DNA of 62,638 bases, filler included, from Pseudobdellovibrionaceae bacterium (lineage in GTDB: Bacteria > Bdellovibrionota > Bdellovibrionia > Bdellovibrionales > UBA1609), in assembly GCA_030591685.1 (NCBI GenBank). It is 5 parts of 5 records of this genome, joined end to end, with 100 filler letters (N's around TTAATTAATTAA, not from the genome) between each part and the next. Parts side by side here need not be neighbours in the genome. Positions count along the whole stretch, not along the records: positions 29,755 to 51,626 come from JAUVAX010000037.1; 4 more parts are not named here. One strand, 5' to 3'. The position numbers were made by a program, and so were the translations under genes. Of this stretch, positions 40,701 to 49,860 are shown piece by piece. The number at the start of each line of letters is the position of its first letter. Position 1 is the stretch's first letter. Below the pieces are notes generated by a model. It was not told where the DNA came from and did not search any database. It worked only from the letters and a program-made list of their open reading frames with translations.

Positions 40701-41488
40701 CTAAAATATTTGAACACAAAAAATGGGGCGAGCAAGCTGAAAAACTATATAACGATGCCCAAATACTTTTAAAAACCATTGTAGATAAAGGTATTTTTAA
40801 GCCCAAGGCTGTTGTGGGGTTATGGCCGGCCCAAAGTGTTGGCAATGATGTGCAAATTTTTAACCCCCAAAACACGACTGAACCCTTAGACACTTTTTAT
40901 TTCTTACGCCAGCAGGCTAAAAAAGACTCTGGGGTTTATAAGTGCTTATCAGATTTTGTGGCCCCTAAAACAAGTGGCCTTATGGACTACTTTGGTGCTT
41001 TTGCCATTACCTCTGGCCCTGAGGTCCAAGAGTACGCCAAAACCTTTGAGGATAAAAATGATGATTACTCCTCTCTTATGGTTAAAGCCCTTGGGGACCG
41101 AGTGGCCGAGGCCCTGGCCGAGTATATACATAAAAAAGTCCGGCTCAGTTGGTATGCTGAGGGCGAAAACTACACCCCTAAAGAGCTTATAAAAGAGTCC
41201 TATCAAGGTATTCGCCCAGCACCGGGCTACCCTGCGTGCCCTGATCATTTAGAAAAAAAGCGCCTATGGGCCCTTTTAAATGTTGAGGCCAATATTGGCA
41301 TTACACTCACCCCCTCTTGCGCGATGACCCCCGCAAGTAGTGTTAGTGGGTACTACTTTGCCCACCCTGAGAGCAAATACATAAACGTAGGCCTACTTAG
41401 CAAGGACCAAATCGAAAACTACGCTCAGCGCACCGGGCGAACCCTTAAGGACGTTGAAAAGTGGCTACAACCCAACTTGGGGTATTAA
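37799..41488 (+). CDS. metH: Cobalamin-dependent methionine synthase
   Basis: [63 protein letters not shown]. Start at ATG 37799 after AGGAG. Confidence 0.97.
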   Translation: MKPLTHKGQALEKLLKKRLVFLDGAMGTMIQKHKLVEEDFRGSLFKNHTKDLQGNNDLLTLTRPEIRKDIHKQYLLAGSDIIETNTFSGTCIAQDDYGFKDDVVYEVNFQSAKIALDAVKEVKILHPERELFVAGSLGPTNKTASMSPDVNDPSFRAVTFDQLVDAYYKQADALVKGGVDILLVETVFDSLNCKAALFALEKLFDTLPERLPVMISVTITDNSGRTLSGQTTEGYWNSIKHINPLSVGINCALGAKEMRPYIQELSKLANCYISCYPNAGLPNPLSDTGYDEKPEDTSSFLLDYAESQFVNMVGGCCGTTPDHIKAIVDLLKNKPPRLLPKIEPYLALSGLEPFNVKGEKAPFVMVGERTNVMGSPKFSRLIKEGLFDEALVVARQQVENGANVIDINFDEGLIDSEESMVKFLNLIGSEPDICKVPIMIDSSKWSVIEAGLKCIQGKGVVNSISLKEGEDEFKRKAELVKRYGAAVIVMAFDEKGQAATKDHKVQICQRAYKILTTQVGFAPEDIIFDPNILTVATGIDEHNNYAVDFIEAVRVIKATCPGARTSGGVSNISFSFRGNNIVREAMHSCFLYHTIRAGLDMGIVNAGMLEVYENIEPNLKQKVEDVLLNKHPQATDNLIDCAEGFKGQSKEKTIKDEKWRTWDVKKRIEHALVKGLVEHIESDTEEARAQLKQPLDVIEGPLMDGMKVVGQLFGDGKMFLPQVVKSARVMKRAVAYLQPFMDAEKSQTATTIRGKVLMATVKGDVHDIGKNIVGVVLACNNYEVIDMGVMVPSEEILKRALEERVDVIGLSGLITPSLDEMIHIAKEMKRLKLDIPLIIGGATTSRLHTAVKIAPEYNEVIDHVLDASLVIGVCNEILNPKTKDSYKKSLKENQKKWRDGHLATKKKKQYAPLIEANKSFALDWSNYTPIKPKQLGVHVIPHISLREVVTYIDWSPFFWTWDLKGLYPKIFEHKKWGEQAEKLYNDAQILLKTIVDKGIFKPKAVVGLWPAQSVGNDVQIFNPQNTTEPLDTFYFLRQQAKKDSGVYKCLSDFVAPKTSGLMDYFGAFAITSGPEVQEYAKTFEDKNDDYSSLMVKALGDRVAEALAEYIHKKVRLSWYAEGENYTPKELIKESYQGIRPAPGYPACPDHLEKKRLWALLNVEANIGITLTPSCAMTPASSVSGYYFAHPESKYINVGLLSKDQIENYAQRTGRTLKDVEKWLQPNLGY

Positions 41489-41681
41489 CCTTTAGTTTTT
41501 TTAAAATGCATACTTATTATGCCTGCTCTTATTTAACCCATGCCTTACTTAAGGCCAGCAAAAAGCGCATTAACACTTAAAGTGCCAAAAATTTAAAAAA
41601 ACTATACATAAATCAATAAATTTAACTATAATAATGGTTTAAAACAACCTTGCCATTAAAAAGGCCCCTGAAGGAGCAACG

Positions 41682-42026
41682 ATGAAAACCCGCAACACTC
41701 TTTTATTAGTTATGTTTTCTGTATTAGTATTACTTTTAAATCCTCAGGCTCAAGCCAACCAATGCCCTGTTGATGCCTCAATATCGTATAAACTCTCACA
41801 CCCCGAATGTGGCGTGTTAACAGCCTCGGCTGAAAGTGAAGAGTGTGTTGCCGCTCAAAAGCAATTTAAAAAGTATAAAAACATAAAAGCCAACTGCAAA
41901 AACAATAAGTGCAAACATGTTAGTAAAGTAAATAATAAAACCTTTTATATCAAAGAGGCTGCTGTATTAAAAAAATATAACCAGTACCTTATTAAGTTTC
42001 GTGAAGCCTGCCAATCTGCTAACTAA
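41682..42026 (+). CDS. Small secreted Cys-rich basic protein
   Basis: Signal peptide ..QAQA, six Cys, Lys-rich; AAGGAG ribosome-binding site. Confidence 0.75.
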   Translation: MKTRNTLLLVMFSVLVLLLNPQAQANQCPVDASISYKLSHPECGVLTASAESEECVAAQKQFKKYKNIKANCKNNKCKHVSKVNNKTFYIKEAAVLKKYNQYLIKFREACQSAN

Positions 42027-42338
42027 ACGCTAACACCTAAATACTCTTTTTATTTTTGTAAAAAAAACCTTTAAAACTTAACTGAGCCCTTTTTAGTATA
42101 AAAAAACTCTAGGGCGTATTAAGTTAAAAATCACCCATTCAAGGACAAAACAAATAGCCTTAAATTACCGCCCGATGGACGGTGAGCAAAAAAGGGCACT
42201 CAGAGGCTTAATTATTTAAAAAAGAGGCTTCTAATCTCAGGGTTTCCAACATCAGGGACTGCTATTATTAAATCTTAGACTTTTACTTAAATTTTACCCC
42301 TGTATTTAAAGCTATAGGGGTTTGGGGGCATAATGGCT

Positions 42339-42354
42339 TGGCTCACAGATTGCT
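42339..42354 (+). promoter_or_regulatory. sigma54 (-24/-12) promoter
   Basis: TGGCTC-ACAGA-TTGCT (GG-N10-GC). Confidence 0.6.
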
Positions 42355-42364
42355 TATATAACAA

Positions 42365-42434
42365 GCTATCCCCCCGGGGGGAGGCTCGAAATCCGAGGAT
42401 CACTAAAGCTCCCCCGAATCCCCCTTCTTTTTTT
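42365..42434 (+). ncRNA. Candidate small RNA of about 70 nt
   Basis: GC-rich structured stretch directly after the sigma54 site, ending in a T-tract; no ORF follows on this strand. Confidence 0.35.
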
Positions 42435-42612
42435 CTGGCTCAGCCAGCCTCTAGATGGCCCTTAGATAACAGACCGACATTTGATAAAAAAATCTAAGGC
42501 CAACCTAGGGGTCCCTATTTTATTAAAAAATTTAGATTTTAAGACAAACATTTTATTAAAAAACAAAATAAAATCTCGTTTTTAGTGGCCTATATCAAAA
42601 AAACTCAGGGGT

Positions 42613-43461
42613 TTAGTTTTGCACATCATCGCGAGTGAGGCTTTTAAGTGTTCTAATAGTTTTTGTTAAACTTTTTTCTTTTTTTAATAACACCATTATA
42701 TGTTTACACAACAGTGACTTAGGGCTGCAGTTAAGCCCTATGAGCTCTTTAAACACAGACTTCTTCCAGGCAATATGATTATTGCCAATTTTACTTAACG
42801 AAAACATTTTAGCCAAATAACTCGTTATCACTAAAAACGGATACACGGGGATAAATAACAAAAAGGCCGTTGCACTGATATCTGTTTTAAAATGTTTTTC
42901 TAGGCTAAACCCACCAAAGACCCATAGGGCTCTTAGTTTTAGGATATTAAGTAAAAAAACATGCCCATAGTACATCCGATCGTCATCTTTGTTTGTAAAC
43001 CACACGCTGTCGACTTCGCTGGGGGGTAGGCGCTTCCAGTAGTCGGTTTCTAGTAAAAAAAATGATAATCGGGCTCTTAGTTGTGACATATTAGGGGTGG
43101 TTAAAAGCAAGTGACCGTCTGGCTTTAATACCCTATTAAACTCACCGATTACTTTTAGTTGGTCTGTCATGTGCTCAATGCCCTCTTGGCAGATGACAAA
43201 GTCAAAAGTCTCATCTGAGAAGTTGAGCTTTTCAGCTAAATCACCATGCTGACAGGTTAAACCGTCGACTTTAAAAAATTCAGGGTATAGGTCTAAGGCC
43301 ACCACCTCTGCACCTTTTTGTTTTAATACATGTGACACTCGGCCATCACCGGCCGGACAGTCTAAAACCTTTTTACCCGTTAAATCGCCAAGGCCATTAA
43401 TAAACTCTCTCACATGCCGGTGTATGCCCGTTTGAGGGAAGGGGTCTAAATTACCAGTCAA
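42613..43461 (-). CDS. Class I SAM-dependent methyltransferase
   Basis: VLDCPAGDG, FDFVICQEGIEH, RVLKPDGHLLLTTPN. Confidence 0.9.
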   Translation of the reverse strand: MTGNLDPFPQTGIHRHVREFINGLGDLTGKKVLDCPAGDGRVSHVLKQKGAEVVALDLYPEFFKVDGLTCQHGDLAEKLNFSDETFDFVICQEGIEHMTDQLKVIGEFNRVLKPDGHLLLTTPNMSQLRARLSFFLLETDYWKRLPPSEVDSVWFTNKDDDRMYYGHVFLLNILKLRALWVFGGFSLEKHFKTDISATAFLLFIPVYPFLVITSYLAKMFSLSKIGNNHIAWKKSVFKELIGLNCSPKSLLCKHIMVLLKKEKSLTKTIRTLKSLTRDDVQN

Positions 43462-43667
43462 CTCACACTCTCCAAACCGTAGCAGGGTTAAAATATTTAG
43501 CTTTAACCGTTAAAAAAAATAAACCTTTAAAAACTATTAGTCTTTTTTTATAGATTAAACGTAAATTTATAATCTATTTAATCACCCCATAATGAGTTAC
43601 CACTTTGGGGCCTATTTTTTTAATAACAAAGGCTGAGTGGCTGTTTTACTAAAACCCCCGCCTTATT

Positions 43668-45515
43668 TTAAAGTGCGTGGATACAGTTTAATGCCACTTG
43701 TACCCTGTTAAAAGGCGCACTCACCTGAAACCCCGCCACCAACCCTTGTGCTTGTTGCATGGTTTTAACGGCAATCTCATAGCCTCTTTTTATAGCCTCT
43801 TCTTTGTTGTCACCGGCCTTCTCCATTTCGGCCAGCGCCCAGTCGGGCACTTCAACTCCGGGGACTTCGTTTTTTAAAAATTCAGCGTTTCTTAAGCTCA
43901 CTAAGGGCCAAATGCCCATAATGACCGGGAAGTCTTTTGACTCGCACTTAGCCATAAACTTCTCATAAGCCTCTAGGTCATAAATAGGCTGAGTGATGGC
44001 GTAATCAGCGCCGGCCTCTATTTTGTACTCAAAGCGTTTAACCTCAAGAGTTTGGTTATGGGCTGTGGGGTTTAACGCCACCCCTATGCAAAACTCTGTG
44101 GGTTGTCCAAACGAGGACCCCCCAAGGTCTAACCCTTCGTTCATCCTTGAGGTAATATGGGTAAGCCCTATAGAGTCTACATCATAAACCGCCGTTGCAC
44201 CGGGGCAGTTGCCAAGCTTTGGTGGGTCGCCGGTTACAAGTAGTATGTTTCTAATGCCGTTAATGTGGCAGCCTAGTAAATCACTTTGTAAACCTAAGAG
44301 GTTACGGTCTCTTGAGGTAAAATGAGGTATGGGTTCGATATCAAAATTTTTCTTTACATAGGTGGCCATTTGTAACGAGCTCACTCTTGATACCGCCCTG
44401 GCCCCGTCGGGTATGTTTACAAACTCCACCCCTCCGGCACTTAAAGCCTCACAGTGTGAAGTGAATTTAGAAAAATCAACGCCCTTTGGCGGCACTATCT
44501 CAACACTATAAACTCTTTTACCCTCTGAGAGGTATTGCCCTAAACGGCTTCGTTGAGCTAAGGGTTGTTTTTTTTGAGGCTCATCAACAACAGGCTGCAG
44601 GTGTTGAGATACGTTGACCTCAATATTACCATTAGATGTTTTAGTCATTCTCACAGCATTATCAATGGCCTTAATGTGGTCGGCACCCACCCCTGAGTGA
44701 CCACCAATTATATTAGCCCCGGCTTGCACAAAACGCTTGGCGTACTTACCCAGGTAATCGGGGTTAGTGAGGTAAATGTACTCGTCGTTAATCATGCGTG
44801 GCAAACCAGCGTTAGGCATGAGTGCTATTTTTCTTTTTGTTAAAGGTCTTAGTTGGTTTAAAGCGGTTAACATACCACTGGGGCCGACTTCGCCGGCAAA
44901 ACCGACAGCTTCTACATCGTACTTATCGGCTAAATCAGAGAGTTCTCTAGGGGTGTGCCCGTATGAGGATTTTGTCGACTCTTGTATGGCCATATGGATC
45001 ATTAAAGGCCGGCTCGAGGTGGCGCGCACAGCTTGTATCGCCGCCTCCATTTCTTTTAAATCATGAAACCCTACGAGTGAGTACCCATCTACACCGGCTT
45101 GCTCCATGGCATTAGCGGTTTTTTTAAAATAATCCATGGCTTTACTAAAACTTGTTGGCCCAAGGGGCTCAACCAGTACCCCAAGGGGGCCTATGACGCC
45201 TAAAACATAGTTTTCATCACCGGCCACCTCTTTTGTAATGTTAACAGCTGAGGTGATGATTTCATTTTGCTGGTCTTGTAAACCATAAGTCATAAGCTTT
45301 GGGTAAATGGCATTAAAAGTATTGGTGGCGAGTATTTGTGCCCCCGCTTTTTTAAAACTCTGTGTGACCTCTCTGACCGCCTGTGACTCGGTGATCGAAA
45401 GCTCCTCAAAGCTCCTATTAATATAAAAGCCCTTTTCGTAAAGGGACGTGGCCATGCCCCCGTCGGCAACCACTACACTTTTTGACTCTAAAAATTCTTT
45501 AAAATTGGGCTTCAA
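43668..45515 (-). CDS. yitJ: Homocysteine S-methyltransferase-like / methylenetetrahydrofolate reductase fusion
   Basis: ADGGMAT, TNTF, PNAGLP, then MTHFR domain SVEIVPPKG, NIPDG, HFTSRDRNLLGLQSDLLG, TGDPPK, ITQPIYD. Confidence 0.9.
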   Translation of the reverse strand: MKPNFKEFLESKSVVVADGGMATSLYEKGFYINRSFEELSITESQAVREVTQSFKKAGAQILATNTFNAIYPKLMTYGLQDQQNEIITSAVNITKEVAGDENYVLGVIGPLGVLVEPLGPTSFSKAMDYFKKTANAMEQAGVDGYSLVGFHDLKEMEAAIQAVRATSSRPLMIHMAIQESTKSSYGHTPRELSDLADKYDVEAVGFAGEVGPSGMLTALNQLRPLTKRKIALMPNAGLPRMINDEYIYLTNPDYLGKYAKRFVQAGANIIGGHSGVGADHIKAIDNAVRMTKTSNGNIEVNVSQHLQPVVDEPQKKQPLAQRSRLGQYLSEGKRVYSVEIVPPKGVDFSKFTSHCEALSAGGVEFVNIPDGARAVSRVSSLQMATYVKKNFDIEPIPHFTSRDRNLLGLQSDLLGCHINGIRNILLVTGDPPKLGNCPGATAVYDVDSIGLTHITSRMNEGLDLGGSSFGQPTEFCIGVALNPTAHNQTLEVKRFEYKIEAGADYAITQPIYDLEAYEKFMAKCESKDFPVIMGIWPLVSLRNAEFLKNEVPGVEVPDWALAEMEKAGDNKEEAIKRGYEIAVKTMQQAQGLVAGFQVSAPFNRVQVALNCIHAL

Positions 45516-45823
45516 AAATACAACTCTCTAGTTTAATGACGATGGAACAAAAAGAGCCTTATATTATAAAACCCCCTCCAATTTGGCAACAACTCTAAAC
45601 AGTTGATCAGGGGTTACTTAAATGTGCCTAAAAAATACTAAAAAAACCCCTCTTAAGCTTAAACAAAGCCTCTGTTAAAAGCCCCTACTAGTGGACTTAA
45701 CGCGTCACTCTGAAGCCCCCCTTCTATAAATACATATAGCTATTTACCCCCTCATTAGATATTAAAACTAAGCCCGTGAGCTCATTATAAATAACTCACC
45801 CCCTTTATAGAGGTACAACACTT

Positions 45824-46654
45824 ATGATCCAGTTTATAAAAACCAAAATAAGTAAGTACAAACTCAAAAACCCTAACGAGGTTTCAACTTTTGGGTACGA
45901 GATAAAAACCCACCACCTCTCCGAAGACGGCGACATACAGTACGCTCAGTGGCTACACCCTAGAGAGGGCGAAAAAACATTCACTCAATCACACGTTAAC
46001 CTTTTTAAAAAATACATTAACCCCGGCGACCTTGTAATAGATGTGGGGGCTCACTCGGGCGACACCACCATACCCTACGCCCTTGCCGCCGGCCCCACAG
46101 GCTGTGTACTTGGGCTCGAGCCCAACAAGTATGTTTACGAAGTGTTAAAAGCCAATGCCAACCTTAATAAGTCAAAAACAAATATTATACCCCTTAACTT
46201 TGCGGCCACCGAAAACGATGAGACCTTAGAGTTTCTCTACTCTGATAACGGTTTTTGTAATGGCGGCAACCTATCGGTCATTAAAAATCAAAACCATAAG
46301 CATAGTTTTAAACTTAAAGTTACGGGCAAAAACCTCACAAACTACGTTAAAAATAATCACTCAACGAAGCTGAGCCAATTTAAACTCATTAAAACCGACA
46401 CCGAGGGCTACGACCTATATGTTTTAAAGTCCATCAAAGAGCTTTTAATCCAGTATAAACCTATTATAATTTGCGAAGTTTTAAAAAAATTAAACCCTCA
46501 AGAGAGACAAGCCCAGTACGACTACTTAAAAGACCTTGGCTATGACATCTACAAGTACTCCGAAACTGACGATTTAAAAGGTGTGGCCATAAAACGAGAA
46601 GACCTCATGAACTGGGACCAGTACGACTTTTTCTGTGAAGTGCCTGGCTCCTGA
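45824..46654 (+). CDS. FkbM family methyltransferase
   Basis: VIDVGAHSGD, LEPN, IKTDTEGYD, KPIIICE. Confidence 0.9.
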   Translation: MIQFIKTKISKYKLKNPNEVSTFGYEIKTHHLSEDGDIQYAQWLHPREGEKTFTQSHVNLFKKYINPGDLVIDVGAHSGDTTIPYALAAGPTGCVLGLEPNKYVYEVLKANANLNKSKTNIIPLNFAATENDETLEFLYSDNGFCNGGNLSVIKNQNHKHSFKLKVTGKNLTNYVKNNHSTKLSQFKLIKTDTEGYDLYVLKSIKELLIQYKPIIICEVLKKLNPQERQAQYDYLKDLGYDIYKYSETDDLKGVAIKREDLMNWDQYDFFCEVPGS

Positions 46655-46802
46655 CCTCAAAGTCTAAATTTGAGACACAGGTCGTGATTTTTGAGTTTAC
46701 TTTTTCCTCTACGAGTCTGTTTACCCCACTACACAAGTTTAATTATTCTAACAATAACAAATGGTTAGTAGATTATTGGAGGCCTTTCAATCATAGAGAT
46801 CT

Positions 46803-46880
46803 TGTGGTATTTTTACTACAATATTAATACGTAGTATCTTTACTACGCAATAGTATTGTGCTATCTTTACTACATATAAT
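46803..46880 (+). promoter_or_regulatory. Three palindromic operators at 27-bp period plus TATAAT -10 box
   Basis: TGTGGTATTTTTACTACA (46803), CGTAGTATCTTTACTACG (46830), TGTGCTATCTTTACTACA (46857); TATAAT at 46875. Confidence 0.8.
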
Positions 46881-46914
46881 AACCACACAGCCATTTGCCT
46901 AAGAAGAGAGTTTT

Positions 46915-47838
46915 ATGAACAGAATATGCTATTGGTGTAAAAATAAAATACTCGAAACTGACAAAGTCTCGCACGGCCTTCACTCTAACTGTTTTCAAAA
47001 AGCATTTTCAGTAGAAGAAGGTGTCGATTTTACAAATGTTGCTATCCGACACCAGGCAAGCGATGGTGACCCTAATAAAAATAACAGATCAAAACATACA
47101 ACTAGTTTTTTTCATGGAAAATTTCGGAAATACTCTGCTGTATTGGGTAGTCAAAACTATATATTAAAAGTCCAAGAGGATAAATATGAGGAGTTACCAG
47201 TAACGGAATATCTTTGTAATCAGATAGCGCGTCTGCTCGGGATCAATGTTCCAAAATTTGCCTTAATAGAGTTTCAGGGCTCTATCACAGCATTTGCTAC
47301 AAGAAATTTCATGAAGGACTACAGCGCTAGTAACTTAGTTCATATATATCACTTTATCGAAGAAGAAAAAAATTGGAACTGCAAAAATATTATTACCCAA
47401 ATAGAGAAGCAAACAAAACGATTACACGAAGTAGAGCGATTTATTGAGATTTGTTTATTTGACGCTCTCATCGGTAACAATGACAGGCACGGAAGAAACC
47501 TAGCTCTAATTCATCAGAGACAAAAATACACCCTTTCCCCTTTCTATGATAATCCCTCCAATATTGGCATTGAGTTAGAGGCTTTGCTTGAAGCCATGCT
47601 TGAGCCAAAGGGATCTATAGCTGTTACAGAAACAGAAGAACCCTCAATGAAAGACTATGTTCTAGAGTTTAAACAACTTGGCTACCAAACAGTTTGTAGT
47701 GATTTTTTAAACAATGTCCAAAAAAATTTAAATGAAATAAAAAATCAAATTAATACTTCGTTTCTTAGTGAGAGACGTAAACAGGCATTAAAAGGTTTAA
47801 TGAACAGAAGATATAAGGAGTTATTAGATAATGTTTAA
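46915..47838 (+). CDS. HipA/HipT-like kinase toxin
   Basis: N-terminal CYWC..HSNC, YILK, EYLCNQIA, DALIGNNDRHGRN, LSPFYD. Confidence 0.88.
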   Translation: MNRICYWCKNKILETDKVSHGLHSNCFQKAFSVEEGVDFTNVAIRHQASDGDPNKNNRSKHTTSFFHGKFRKYSAVLGSQNYILKVQEDKYEELPVTEYLCNQIARLLGINVPKFALIEFQGSITAFATRNFMKDYSASNLVHIYHFIEEEKNWNCKNIITQIEKQTKRLHEVERFIEICLFDALIGNNDRHGRNLALIHQRQKYTLSPFYDNPSNIGIELEALLEAMLEPKGSIAVTETEEPSMKDYVLEFKQLGYQTVCSDFLNNVQKNLNEIKNQINTSFLSERRKQALKGLMNRRYKELLDNV

Positions 47839-48511
47839 CCCCAAATTTACCACCCCTAATGATATAATAGGACTTGATGTTTACCTTGAGATTCGTAGGA
47901 CAAGACGGTTCGTTGGGTATTTAGAGCGAGTAAATAACAATGAGAAGGTGTATGTGTTCACGTATGATAAACATTACATGTCACAAGGAACATCAATTGA
48001 AGTAGGGCCAGATTTACCACTTACAAAAAAAGTGTTTAAATCAAAATCTCTCTTTAAATCAATTAAAGATAGAATCCCATCTAAAGGAAACCCGGCGTAT
48101 GCAGAATATTGCGAAGACGTGGGCATTAGTCCACGTGAAAAAAACAAAATAATACTGCTTGCTACAATTGGTCGAAGAGGCCCTTCTTCATTTGCGTTTG
48201 AACCAAGGTATAGGGAGAAAGTCTCACAAGAAAGTAGAAGTAAATTTAGAAACAAACTAGATTTGACTATCCGAGAGTTCTCGTCTGTATTTGATTTTTC
48301 AACCAAGACTGTGCAAAAAATCGAAAAAGGCGATTTAGTTGCCAGAGACTCACAGAAGCGACTCGACACCTACATACTATTCCCCGAAACCGCAATCTAC
48401 GATTTAGCACGTTTCGGAGGGAGCCTGATGCCAGGAAAACGAATAAATGCTCTAACTACGCTGGAGAAGTTACAAAAAGAACAGATACAAAGAGATGTAT
48501 CGGTAAACTAG
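47831..48511 (+). CDS. HipA N-terminal (HipS-like) domain fused to a C-terminal HTH
   Basis: VGYLER..YVFTYD..Y..GPDLPL..DRIPS; then RNKLDLTIREFSSVFDFSTKTVQKIEKG. Overlaps the kinase stop. Confidence 0.8.
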   Translation: MFNPKFTTPNDIIGLDVYLEIRRTRRFVGYLERVNNNEKVYVFTYDKHYMSQGTSIEVGPDLPLTKKVFKSKSLFKSIKDRIPSKGNPAYAEYCEDVGISPREKNKIILLATIGRRGPSSFAFEPRYREKVSQESRSKFRNKLDLTIREFSSVFDFSTKTVQKIEKGDLVARDSQKRLDTYILFPETAIYDLARFGGSLMPGKRINALTTLEKLQKEQIQRDVSVN

Positions 48512-48551
48512 TCACGACTTAAACCGACAAAAGACACATGCCCTTAGTAAA

Positions 48552-48641
48552 TTATTGGGAGGAGTTGAGCACCCAGGGCAAAGATATAGAAAAGCTCAAA
48601 TATACTTAAATGATTTTAGGAGAAGTAACGATGGCAAATAA
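48552..48641 (+). pseudogene. Frameshifted 3' remnant of an addiction-module killer (RelE/ParE-like) toxin
   Basis: Across frames reads LLGG / STQGKDIEK / AQIYLNDFRRSNDGK-stop, overlapping the antidote start. Confidence 0.7.
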
Positions 48642-48945
48642 AAAAAATCAGGGCAATTACGATGAGTGGTTGGTATCTGAGTTAAAAACTAACCCTGACC
48701 AACAGGTAGAATATCTAAAAGCAGCCCTTGAAGAAAATGATATGCCTGAGGTTTTCCTGTCAGCATTAAAAAATGTGGCTAAGGCTAGAGGCATTACTAG
48801 CCTAGCCAACGACACTGGTCTTAACCGTGAAAGCCTTTACAAAATGCTTTCTGAGAGTGGCAATCCAGAGCTAAGAAGTATGTATAAGATATTAGATGCT
48901 CTAGGGCTTCGCTTGTCTGTAGAACCCAAATATGAGGCTTCATAA
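48631..48945 (+). CDS. Addiction-module antidote protein (HI1420-like HTH)
   Basis: EYLKAALEE, ALKNVAKARGITSLANDTGLNRESLYKMLSESGNP..ILDALGLRL. Start at ATG 48631 after AGGAG. Confidence 0.9.
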   Translation: MANKKNQGNYDEWLVSELKTNPDQQVEYLKAALEENDMPEVFLSALKNVAKARGITSLANDTGLNRESLYKMLSESGNPELRSMYKILDALGLRLSVEPKYEAS

Positions 48946-48953
48946 TCAGTGGA

Positions 48954-49271
48954 TTAAGAAGCTACATGTACTTCAAGGTCTAAGTTTGCTTTTCTGACTT
49001 GGTCCTGTAATGCAACCTCGACCCAGTAAGCAATAGGCTCCTTAATGGACTTTGCCACTTGTGAGGCCATCTCAACAGAGACAAGTCTTCTGCCTTTCTC
49101 AAGGTCACATATAAACTGCCTAGAAAACCCTAGCTTTTTACCCAGCTCAACCTGTGTTAGCTCCATAGACTCCCTGTAATAGAGCAAAAGGTCTCCAAAA
49201 GAAACAGGGCCAACTTCTTTTTTTAACTTCTTTAATAAATCCTTAGACTTTTTATTTGATCCTGTAATCAT
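48954..49271 (-). CDS. HigA-like XRE antitoxin
   Basis: RESMELTQVELGKKLGFSRQFICDLEKGRR; downstream of and overlapping a RelE-like gene. Confidence 0.82.
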   Translation of the reverse strand: MITGSNKKSKDLLKKLKKEVGPVSFGDLLLYYRESMELTQVELGKKLGFSRQFICDLEKGRRLVSVEMASQVAKSIKEPIAYWVEVALQDQVRKANLDLEVHVAS

Positions 49272-49530
49272 GTGGGGTGATCTCCTCTACTCTAACGATT
49301 GATATTTTTTTGCCATGAAGAGTGTATATCGCTCTCCACGACTTATCCAAATAAACACTTCTTTGACCTTTCCTAGGGCCCGTAAGTGCATGGTCACGGA
49401 ATCTCGCAGCTTTTTGAGCTTCAAATATTCCATTAAAGGTCACAAACTCAACCCAAACATAAAACCGCAGTTTTATTTTCTTTTGGCTCTTAAGGAGGCG
49501 CTCTACGGGTGTCAAATCAAACTGAACCAT
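49252..49530 (-). CDS. HigB/RelE-like mRNA interferase toxin
   Basis: FRDHALTGPRKGQRSVYLDKSWRAIY..VEEITPHDY; toxin-first order. Confidence 0.85.
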   Translation of the reverse strand: MVQFDLTPVERLLKSQKKIKLRFYVWVEFVTFNGIFEAQKAARFRDHALTGPRKGQRSVYLDKSWRAIYTLHGKKISIVRVEEITPHDYRIK

Positions 49531-49860
49531 GTCTAAATGTACACTATATTGCCGTACCTGTCAATAGTCTAACTTTAATGCTCAGGACAGTTTAAATTAA
49601 ATGAAAATTAAAGGTAACAGGTTTCCTGAAAAGCAACAAATGGCTAAGTTTTTAAGTAATATCGCTATTTTCAACCTCTTAAATGGAAGTAACTTCTTAG
49701 TGTTTATTACGGACTCTTATAATTACCTGTACTCTCGGCTAATTGAGGCTATGACGACCAGTAATTAGAGCAAAAATTGTCATATAAGTGGCTCCCTACA
49801 GGTATAAATTTCATAACTATTTAACCCCTTAGGGCTTTAAGGCTTAAGTGTGTTATTTAT

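Noticed and set aside
38830..41248. Antisense and alternate-frame ORFs inside metH (likewise inside pgdx, the oxidoreductase and yitJ)
   Set aside because: Shadow ORFs of conserved genes with no motifs of their own.
46803..46874. Three regularly spaced repeats as a mini-CRISPR
   Set aside because: 18-bp repeats with 9-bp gaps are too short, no cas genes are present, and the position over a promoter fits operators.
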